DNA from: the human T2T-CHM13v2.0 reference genome, Homo sapiens
DNA length: 64,000 bases
Reading direction: 5' to 3' (one strand)
Assembly (NCBI RefSeq): GCF_009914755.1
Contig: NC_060926.1
Positions 25,283 to 38,039 of the stretch are shown here, piece after piece. Position 1 is the first letter of the stretch. Each line of letters starts with the position of its first letter. Made by a program: the position numbers and the translations under genes. Below the pieces are notes generated by a model. That model saw only the letters and a program-made list of their open reading frames with translations. It was not told where the DNA came from and made no database searches.

Positions 25283-27029
25283 GCTCTTCCAGGTGAATGG
25301 CTTCTTAATAGTCTCAGTGGACCCAATCTATTAAAACTAAAATCTTGAGAATATTCTTCTACCAATGTTCTTCCTATCTTAGTTATGGCAGATCTTAACT
25401 TGAGAGGATAGTCACAGATCAGCAGATGGAGACTAAGATCAGTCCCTACTTCCAATTTTCTGCTACTGTTTTTTTTTTCTAGAAGTATGATATCCAAATG
25501 ATTATAAGTGTAGAGAAAGGCTACTTTGGCTGTGTTAAAAAGAACCTTCAGGGAACAGAAGGATGATAGCTGACTTTCCAGTCTGTTACAGACCTTATTT
25601 TGCTGGACAAAGACAGGTTTACTCAGTACAACTGTAGCAGAGTCTACTAATTGTTGCCATTGCCCTTCCATTGGTCTTGAATTTAGTGAAATTCTTTTCC
25701 TGATTTGGAGGGTGGCTCAAATGTTATTCCTAATTTGGAAGGGCTGATTATGTTTTTATCTTTTTTCAAAATTAGAAAGCTGTGAGAATATTACACGTAA
25801 GATGGAATACGAACCTATGCTAGAACTTCAGGAAAGTGAACAGAAGCAGGCAGATGGGGTAGAAATATAATTTAACAAATGGAAAAGCAGAATCTATGAG
25901 ACTTAATATGTATCAGATATAACCATGAATGCCCAAAAATAAAAATTTAAAAAGGAAAAATGCCACCATGATTTCAAGCCTAAGAATCTGAGATAAATCT
26001 GATTGCCATTAATGGAATAAGAAAGTCAAGAAGATTTGTTTCGGAAGTAAGCAAGAAATAATAAAGCTGTAAAAAATGATTTTGTAAAGCTAATTCTAAA
26101 TTATCTGCAAATTATTCCAAAGTCAGAGTAAGGTAGAAGATTTTTTACTATAATAACTAACCTCATTGGGCTGTAGTTGCTTCAAAACTATGGAATTAAG
26201 GAATAATGTAAAGCTATATATATTAGTTCAATCTGTCATCCCTATTTCTAAACTATTTCTATATTATTTTGTAAATACAATGGAAACATTCAACCAAAGA
26301 GCAAAACTGGACAAATCTCCACCTGGCATCCTTCCTTAAGTCCACATTGCTTTAGATAGATATTTGACAAAGCCCCAAGCAATAGAGGTCATGCCACCAA
26401 ATGTGAAAGAACCTCACTTCCTTTCTATATTTTCCCATTGTTCTTATGTGGTAGAATTCATGTATGTTCCAAGTATTATTTTGTTATGATCTTCTTGTAG
26501 TAAAACAACTACTTGCTAGGAAAGTCATCTTTAAAACATTTGGATATGCATAAAAATATTACAAACCCAGTTTTAGAGAAAAGTACACATGTGATTTTCC
26601 AAGGTATATTTCTGGGTAACCTGTGGCTGAATTTTGAGAAATCCAGGCAAAATAATGCTGTACTGCTGTAAAAATTATCTAATATTTTAAAAGCAGGAAT
26701 CACCAGCAGATTGCTATTTAAAAGAGCCATTCTAGGATTCAGCAATATTGATACCATGTCTAATTCTGCAGTCTTCTTAAGAGTGAAGTAACTTATAGAG
26801 CTAAGACATTACTTTCTTGATATCACTTCTTTGGTAATACAATATGGTCAATTTTCGCAAAAGTATTTATATTCCCTTTTAAAAATAAAGTATAGGAAAG
26901 AAATTCAACGGAATGAAGACATATTTATGCCAACAGAAATGTTTTTCAATGGAGCCATCAAAGATAGTACAATATTTAGGAGAACTTTACTGTTAAAAAA
27001 TTATTCATTTAAAATAATCATCTGACAGT

Positions 27030-27150
27030 CTTCAAATCAGAATACCTATGTTTAAACTATTGCTTTATGTTTTTGGGATACTTTTATTTAGCTTCTTGGA
27101 ATCTTAGTTTTCTCAGGCATAAAATGAAAACTATATAAACTTGTTCACTG
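27030..27150 (+). mobile_element. MIR fragment
   Basis: atcttagttttctcaggcataaaatgaaaa resembles the MIR core cctcagtttcctcatctgtaaaatgggg. Confidence 0.5.
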
Positions 27151-27159
27151 TACTTTCAT

Positions 27160-27943
27160 ATATAGCCCAAATTCATTGAATCGGCCTCTTTTTCCACTCT
27201 TATCTAGTCTCTACAGCACCATTATATTTTGTGTGGATTCCCATGATAGCTTCTTAACTAGTATCTCTGCTTCTGTATTTGCCATGTCTGTTCCTTTCCT
27301 GCAGTTTCCACCTTCTATATAGCAGCCAGTATGAATTTTTCAAAAATACAAATGAGATCCATTCCCTTCCCTGTGCAAACCATCCAATCGTTTTGCATTA
27401 CATTTAAACTGACTCTCCTTGCTCTGACTTACTATCTGACCTTACTCTGACTTACCTCTCTGACCTTATCACTTAACTATGCTTCAACCACACAGGTTGA
27501 AGCATTCAACCTGTTCCTGGTATTACTTCCAGTTCCTGGAATTTCATTCTTATTCTAGGGTCGTGGCACATAATATTCTTCCTGCTTGGAGTGCTCTTGG
27601 AGTGTTTCCAAGTCTGGCTTTTTCGCAGCTCAACTATCACCTCCTCCATATGCCTTTCCATACTCCTCAATCTGTAATCAACTTTAGCTTTCTTCAACTC
27701 CAGGAATTACCTAACATGTTACTTTGTATTTTTTTCTTTATAAAACTTACCATAACCTAAAAATGTTAACATGTTCGTTTGCTTGTTTATTGATTGTTTC
27801 TTTCCACTGGAACCTAACTCCTTCTGAACAACTATCTTATCTAGCTTATTTAAGTAGCTATTTATGGAATAATCTACACTCCCAGAATCTAGAGCAGAGG
27901 CATAAACATAATATATGCTGAAAAAATATCTGTTAAATGAATA
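27160..27943 (+). mobile_element. LINE-2 (L2a-like) 3' fragment
   Basis: atagcttcttaactagtatctctgcttc...agcagccagtatgaatttttcaaaaatacaaatgagatc...cccagaatctagagcagagg...aaatatctgttaaatgaata. Confidence 0.75.
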
Positions 27944-28739
27944 CTTAAAGTGCCACTGTAAAGATAATGTATGTAAAATTACCTAGAGTGGGAAAAGGAA
28001 GAGGTGAAACTCACATTGCGTCTAACGGAAGGATGTTGTTGAGAAGATCATTATGTGATCTAGTTTTGAGAGCTCTGCTCTAAATTATGAGAATATTTAC
28101 TTTAGACTCGTAACCGTTTTGTTTAGATCACATAGCTAAGAGTAGTCTGACTGGTATGCTTTCCTAGCACGTTTAGAAATATCTTTATGATTCTACACTT
28201 TGTACTTTCATTCCATTTTCATTTTCAATCCTGTGTCCACTTTGCACCAATCCATATTTTCCTCTCTCTCGCTTTAATTGTATGTTATTTGTAATATTTT
28301 ATGTGGTTTTGTAAGCCATCTTCTTTCTGGAATAGAAAGTACAAACCAAATATTTCAATATTGTAGTTAATATTCAGTTAACACAAGTTGAATCTGAATT
28401 TTAAAGTGGAAATATAGTAAGAATACAGAAAATCTAATCTACTTTTTGCCTTACACAAAGGAGGCATTCAAAATCATGTTTACCTGATTTGATCAAACCT
28501 TCTAGGGCTTATAATTTAAATAACCATATATTCATTCTAAACCTATTTGGTGAATATGCATGATACCTGCATGATTACTTGTTAGATGTCAAGAGGAAAT
28601 AATCACAAATTAGCCCTCTTACTCTTCATATCTGAGCATAATATCAGCAGACAGATGAGACTTAAATGCAAATACTTTAATATAGGATACAGATTATTCT
28701 TGGCAACACCCAGCCTCAGCATGCTTTCCATTTCTGAAG

Positions 28740-29200
28740 CTTCTCTCCAAGAGATAAGCCTCAATCACTTGCTGTGCTGGTACTAGAGGACACAGCTACC
28801 ATGACAGTGGCTGATTGGTCTGCATCGTTTTTCAGTCCAAAGTTAGTCTATCTGTACCATAGGTTGGCCAGTTCTTTATGGTGGTCTGTTGATAAAGCTC
28901 TGGTGGAAGGAGTAAAGGATGACTAACTTGGTCATTCAGATCCTCTCTCTGGATGAGTGTGAATTTGAAACGAATATAAAGTAGTGATACTGACAGTCAA
29001 AGGACACAGAGAGAACATGAATCAGAGAGAGTAGCCATGACCTCAAAGAGAGAGCACAGACTGAAATCAGAAAGGTTCTGGGAATGAGACATCAACCAGA
29101 TACTCATATTACAAGAACAACTTTCTCCTAATATTTCTCAACATCTTAGCTCCCTGAGATTGTGGAGGAACTTTCAGGTTTACACAAATGCTTGCTACAT
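28740..29200 (+). mobile_element. Possible ancient ERVL-type LTR remnant (LTR16/LTR67-like)
   Basis: tgattggtc and tcagatcctctctctgg...gaatttgaa motifs followed by AG-rich sequence; weak recognition only. Confidence 0.3.
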
Positions 29201-29550
29201 AAACAAGACTTCTTTTTCCCAATAAATTCTCATTTCTTCAGGGATCCAAGAATGCCTCTCTTCATTGCACCCACATGGGTTAACTAATATAGGGATATTC
29301 CATCCAATTGACATACACAGAAGTGAAAATGTAACTTCACTAGAATATAGCAAAAGAGTACACACATTGTAACTGCACCTACCAACTCCAACTGAAGAAT
29401 AAACTGCCCTTGCAAAGAGATTTGCTTTCCCTAAAGCCATGAAAATCCTGCAAAGATATGTAAAAGAACAGATTCTAAAACTAAAACAGACTTTAGATGT
29501 TGCCAAATCTAATTTCCCCCACAGTTCACGAGTCCTATCTGAACCAAAGC

Positions 29551-30304
29551 TGTTTTAGTCTAAACACTTATGTCCTCCCAAAATTAATGCATTGAAACCA
29601 CATCACCAATGTGACAGTATTAAGAGGTGCAGCCTTTGAGAGGTGATTAGGTTATTAGGGCTCTACCTTGATGAATGGAATTACAGCAGATCCTTGAATA
29701 ATGTCCATTCACTCAATATTATTTTGTTATAACATTGATGAGAACATTGGGTTTTCTCCAGGTACTCTGGCTCTGTACCACATGCCAAAGGCACATTAAG
29801 TCATCAGGTAAAAGAAGTGGGTAGATAATCATCTTACTTGTTTTCACTAACCTTCTTAAATAAATGTCTAGCTCACATTTATTTCAATACTTAATATTAG
29901 AAGTATTTTGATCTTTATTTTGGAGTTGGGTGATGTTTTGTAACCAGGAATAGGCTATAGGAACTTAGCTCTTTTTTATATTAATTAGCCTGTGGGAAAC
30001 TGATTTCATTATACGTCATTTTGCTTAAAGATGCAGTTTCCAAGGACCTACGGATGATGCTAAGTGAGGACTTACTGTAGTATCTTTGTAAAAGAGATCC
30101 CAGAGAAGTGGCCACCTGCTACTGCCTTCCACTCTGTGAGAACACAGCAAAAAGGCTCTATCAATGAACCAGGAAACAGTCTTTCGCCAGATACCAAGTC
30201 TGCTTGCACTTTGACCTTAAAATTTTCAGCCTCCAGAGCTTTTCTGTTGTTTATGTCATCTGGCTTACAGTATTTTGCTACAGAAGTGCAAATAGTTTAA
30301 GACA
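29551..30304 (+). mobile_element. MLT1A-type MaLR solo LTR split by MER6
   Basis: tgttttagtctaaac...gcctttgagaggtgattagg...atgaatggaatta [MER6] tagtatctttgtaaaagag...ccagataccaagtctgc...tttaagaca. Confidence 0.85.
29684..30077 (+). mobile_element. MER6-family TcMar-Tigger non-autonomous transposon
   Basis: Termini cagcagatccttgaataatgtc / aagtgaggacttactg; TA duplication at 29682-29683 and 30078-30079. Confidence 0.85.
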
Positions 30305-32340
30305 TAAGTAGATGATCATTCTCTCGGCTTAAGTACTAAATTTTCAGGGACAATTTTACTATATTAATGTGGTAACCCCTTGAATTGTGTGAAAAAGCAC
30401 AGCTACATGCTAATTGTGAGAAAGCTTTTCCTTATACTGTGCTAAAACTTGTGTTCCTGAAATGTATTTAAATCAGTCTTTGACTAATGGAAGAACAAAG
30501 ACTACTCCCTTACAGGAAAATTGTTCTAATTTTTGAAGATAAATAAAAATTTCCCATGATTTCTTACTTCTATAAAATAAACAGTCCCATTCCCTCCAGT
30601 AACCATTCCTCAAATAATATAATTCCCTAATCACTCATCATCCTGTTACACTCTGCTGCTCTGCTGCTTGCTGACTGATTTATCACTGTGTAGAGCCAAA
30701 CAAAGTTGAGATAATTGTATACATATCCATATCCATATTAAGAAACTTTCAAACACACTAGTTTATTCTATGAGAAGTAAAATTTCCGATTAAATTTGTC
30801 AAACATGCAATGTACATCTACATACTCCACAGTGGACGTCATTCAACACACAAAGATATTCAGATCTTTGTGGTTGTTTGCAAAGAAATTACAACAAGTT
30901 TAGAGAATAACAAACATTTCATTTCACAGTCATTACCTCTCCAGGATTCCTTTTATATCTCTATTATCTCTATAGGTTATGTCACTTTACTCAAGAGAAA
31001 ATAAACAGTAGACAGTATTCAATAAGAAAGCAACAAATTTGGTTTAAATAGATCAGGAAACACCAAAATTTTCATAAAAGTATGGCAGGAGCATTCCAAA
31101 TTTCTCCCGAGGATTAGTGAGCCTATTCAACATTTTTCTTGATTTTAATTTAGGCAATATTCCCATTAGATAGTTTACCTAATTAGGGCATTTGTTTAAA
31201 GTCCATAATGTTAATTCAATAAAAATTCCAATAAAAGTACATTAGATTTTTTATGTTAACAATGCACACTTTATATAGATAGTGTTATTAAAAGTTATAC
31301 TGGAACTATCACAATCCAATTCTGTTTCAAACAGCAAAATTACTTTTATTCATAATTATTCAGTAAAGAACTACAAATGTACAGATCACTTACTTAGCAG
31401 ACTGTGCACTTGGCTGTTGTGACAGAAGAGTCAGTGCAAACTTTCTCAAAATCAAAATAAGATATGGTTTGCTTGTAAGATCAAAAACTCAGAGGATAGT
31501 TCTTTGTCTCCCTTACGACCATGGCATAAAATGTACAAACCTATAGTAGCATTTTAAATAGCACAACTATACTGGGATATTTCCAGAAAGGCACATTTTG
31601 GGCATCGAGATGTTATCCAAATATATGATGCTATATTTAACTTTTCATGTGAATATTTTAATAGCAAGATAGGTAATGACATGCCTAGTTCTTTACTGTA
31701 AGGTCTTGTGCTTCAGTTTTGATTAGGTCTAATCTTACAACTCATCTATTTATATTTACATATAAATTATATACATTTACTACTTAATATTCCATTACAA
31801 AAAAGTAAAAAGAGCAAAGAAATATAGAAATTTTAAAGAATGAGATAAATATGTATTTGAGATTTGTATATTAATAGCACATGGTTTCTTGTCCTTACAG
31901 TTGGTGAGCACATTGTGATCATGCAGTGTGACAGCCTATACCATGCTTGATTATATTAACATCTCATTTATTCCTCCCTTGGCTTGAAAGGGCTCTTATA
32001 CTAGGAGTAGAAGTACCATCTCTGCCATTTTCCTTCTGTTTAATTGTGTGATATTTTTCTTCCCTTCCATCTTCCCCAAGGGTTTCTTTGCACAGACTTA
32101 TTTTGGGAAAGTTAGTTTAATCAAAACCTGATAGTATAATCCATAAATCTATTTTGCTAAGCTGATGTTAAGCCACAGCAGATTCTAAGGCACAGAGAGT
32201 AAACAAGGACATGAAGGCACATCTGGATTGAGGTCAATGAATCTTTATTTTAATAAATTCTCGAGGTGTGTCTTGGTTTTCAGACCGCATTTCGAGTCTG
32301 ATTGATTCAGACTCTGAAATCAATCAAGATTTTAGACTAA

Positions 32341-34653
<2,313 letters not shown>

Positions 34654-35089
34654 AAGACTTTAGACTAACTTAAAAATCTCAATGTGAGTACTTAGGTATC
34701 TCAGCACCAGGAAACACCGCTTATAGTCCTGTGCTGATTTCACTTTTCAATAGCAAATAAGTGGAAATCTTTTCCTTTCCACACAAAGGCAAAAATATAT
34801 ATCTCAGTCTAATAAGCAACTCTCCTTAAGTTTGCTCACCACCTTCATTCTGTCCTCCTTCATGCTGACCATAGTCTGTCTAGCAGCTGCATATTAGTTA
34901 TTACCTACGTGCTGTATTCTGTGTCACCTCCACTTGCTGAATTTCCACAATGCTAACACACTGTCTGAATCCCACCTATTGAAGTAAACAAAAAGACCTA
35001 CTACAATTTGGGTTTCTGATGCGTGTGAGACATGGTTTTAGGCAATTTATATTAATTATCTCAATTTCTGGTTCTTGGAAATGGAAGAC

Positions 35090-35465
35090 CCTACAGCTCC
35101 TGTTTTTGTCCTATAGAATGGCAGCTGCCATATAAAGAAGTTTAGGTTATATAGCCACAGATAAAGACCCCTGGAAAATAAGAGGAAGGAGACCACATGG
35201 AAAATAACTACATCCCCAGACATGATTGAGCCTATTTGGCAACCCAGAAAGGGAGAAGCCAAGTGCATTTTTGGTTATACGAGATGAAGCACCAGACATA
35301 TGAGTGAGGCCATCTTGGATGCTCTGGTCCCCAGTGAAGTCATTTCATGTGACACCATGTGGAGCAAAGATGAGCAATTCCTATTAAGCCCCACCCAAAT
35401 ACCTGATCTTTAGAATCACAGGAATATAATAATTGTTTTAGGCCACTATATTTTGGGGTTCTTTT
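35090..35465 (+). mobile_element. Old MLT1 (G/H-like) MaLR LTR fragment
   Basis: agacatatgagtgaggccatcttggatg...ccatgtggagcaaagatgagc...ttgttttaggccactatattttgggg. Confidence 0.65.
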
Positions 35466-35600
35466 CTTTCTTTCATGACCCACTCAAATCCCATTTCCTT
35501 TATGTGTTTCCCAAATACTCTAACCTATTTGAACTCCGCGTGGTTTTCATTGGTTACATAAATCCCCTACTTTATATGATTTAATGTTTATGTGCATGTA

Positions 35601-35810
35601 CAGAGAGTCCCTGACTCACAGTGGTATGACTTGTGATTTTTCTGTAGCTACACGATGGTGCAAATGTGATGATATGTGACCACAAGTTTCAGAGAGTAAG
35701 CATAAGTGATTCTTCTCCAAAGGCTCTCTAGGCTGCATTTTTTACTCCTGATATTTCAACTTATGATGGGTTTATCAGGACACAACTCCATCATAAGTTG
35801 AGAAGCATCT
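35601..35810 (-). mobile_element. MER47/Tigger5-family MITE, internally deleted
   Basis: TA|cagagagtccctgactcac at the left end; caacttatgatgggtttatcagga...ccatcataagttgagaagcatct at the right end. Confidence 0.75.
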
Positions 35811-35814
35811 AAAC

Positions 35815-36672
35815 TATGTATGTGTGCATACACACACATATATACATATATACATACATATATGTATATATACATACATATATGTATATATACATATACA
35901 CACATATAAACATACACATACTTATATACACACATATATACATGCATATATATGTATATAGACATGCATATATACACACATATACACATACATATAGACA
36001 TGCATATATGCATACATATACACATACATATATGTATATACACACATGTGTATATACACCTGTGTGTATATACGCACGTATGCATATACACCTGTGTGTA
36101 TATACGCACGTATGCATATACACCTGTGTGTATATACGCACGTATGCATATACACCTGTGTGTATATACGCACGTATGCATATACACCTGTGTGTATATA
36201 CGCACGTATGCATATACACCTGTGTGTATATACGCACGTATATACACCTATGTGTGTATATACACATATATACACATATATACACCTATGTATATACACA
36301 TATATACACATATACACCTATGTATATACACATATATACACATACATATATGCATATACGCATATAGAAACATACATATATGCATATACGCATAGACACA
36401 TACATATATGCATATATGCAGACACATACATATATGCATTACGCAGACACATACATATATGCATATACGCATATAGACACATACATATATGCATATACGC
36501 ATATAGACACATACATATATGCATATACGCATATATACACATACACATATATACACACATATATAATATACATATGTGTATATATACACATATACATACA
36601 TATATATTGTGAAGCATCTCAACATATATACACACATATATACACATGTACATATATATATTATATATATAT
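35815..36672. repeat. ~860-bp purine-pyrimidine compound micro/minisatellite. Includes a 32-bp VNTR (36053-36240, 5.9 perfect copies) and a ~30-bp array (36341-36540)
   Basis: Unit tatacacctgtgtgtatatacgcacgtatgca starts at 36053, 36085, 36117, 36149, 36181 and 36213; second unit catacatatatgcatatacgcatatagaca. Confidence 0.97.
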
Positions 36673-36964
36673 AAAATTTAGTATAACAATCAGCTACGAG
36701 TAACAGAATAGTTAAAACGGACTAAACATGTAGAAATTTACCTTTCTCACCAGATATGTGAATCTAGGGAACTCCTGGTATTTGTTTAGCTTGTCAAGGC
36801 CATTTTTTGTCGTTGTTCTCTTAGTCTTTTTCTTGTGCTTACAAGGTGGCTACTATGGGTCCACCCACCATAACTTTATTCAATGAAGGAGAGAGGGCAG
36901 TATCAACCATATCTGTCCATTTTTTAAAATTAGAATGTCAAAATCTGTCCCTTGCCCCACTTAT

Positions 36965-37085
36965 TTTTTTTTGTATTGGAAAATCCAGCCTACCCAAAAA
37001 CCATTCTTTGAAGATAGTGTCTTTTTCCAATTTTGTGGTCTTGGCATCTTTGTCAAAGACCACTTGACAATATATATGAGCTAAA
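36965..37085 (-). mobile_element. L1M ORF2 fragment
   Basis: Minus-strand peptide YCQVVFDKDAK...DTIFKEWFL resembles the L1 YxxLIFDK...DSLFNKWCW region. Confidence 0.65.
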
Positions 37086-37502
37086 AAATGTGTTGATGCA
37101 TTATTTCCCCTGCCTGTACAGTAGAGGCATAAAGAATAAGGAGACTGGAAATATAGTAGATATCTTATGAAACATCCTAGAGAGTCTGCCATGATCTCTG
37201 CCACAATACTGACTACAGTACAGAGCATATAAAAAGCAACCATATATACGCTTCTTCCGATCAATGAAAAAATAGCAAACTACTACTTTTGTCTCCACAG
37301 TAATACTATAAAGTGGTCTGAGTAAAGTCAGTGACAGTAAGTAAAGTCAATGAATGTACAGTTCCAGAAAATTTTCTACTTAACAAAAAATTAAAGACTA
37401 GTGAAGATGAAATGTATCATATACAGGTCCCTAGTAAGATCATATTAGAGTAAGAAAATGGAGAAAATACTTTATCAAACCACAAAATCTAAACAAATAA
37501 AA

Positions 37503-37705
37503 TGCACACGGACATAAAGGAATGAATATTTGAGGCCAGGGCCTATTTGAGGGTGGAGGATAAAAATCAAACAACTACCTATCAAGTACTATGCTTATTA
37601 CTTGGGTAACAAAATAATCTGTACAACAAACCCCTGTGACATGTAATTTACCTATATATCAAACCTGCACAGGTACCCCTGAACCTAAAATAAGGGTTAA
37701 AAAAA
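37503..37705 (+). mobile_element. Short L1PA13-17 3'UTR insertion
   Basis: tactatgcttattacttgggtaacaaaataatctgtacaacaaacccc...cccctgaacctaaaataa. Confidence 0.85.
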
Positions 37706-38039
37706 TACAAACATAATAAAATAATAGTGCTTAAGACAGAATACTGTTACATGGGTGTTCATGGGCTATGGGAAGCCAGAAAAAAGTAAATCACTGGGAA
37801 TAAATTTAATGTCTCAAAAACCCTGGAATAAGAAGGTACATCGGACAGAGGTGTTGAAAAGAAGAAAAACAACTAAAGGTCACAGCCAAAACAGTGAAAT
37901 AGAGATCCCAGAACATTGTATGAGAGCATATAACAGACAATGAACACACCCGCCACCTGTTGCCTAAATTAAACACATAGTCATGTTGACCATTCTTGAG
38001 AAAGGAATGTGTTTAACTTAGGAATGTGTTCAATTTAGA

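Noticed and set aside
25261-25671. 136-aa minus-strand ORF, the longest outside repeats, ending in the inverted-repeat arm
   Set aside because: No recognisable domain and a weak start context; roughly one ORF this long is expected by chance in this much unique sequence. It would need Ribo-seq or PhyloCSF support
36053-36240. 32-bp repeat as a CRISPR-like array
   Set aside because: Units are head-to-tail with no unique spacers, no cas genes, and the context is primate DNA
35756-36703. Many 100-190-aa ORFs on both strands (also at 283-632)
   Set aside because: Alternating purine-pyrimidine repeats rarely contain stop codons; the Y/I/H/T/C/V/M composition is an artefact
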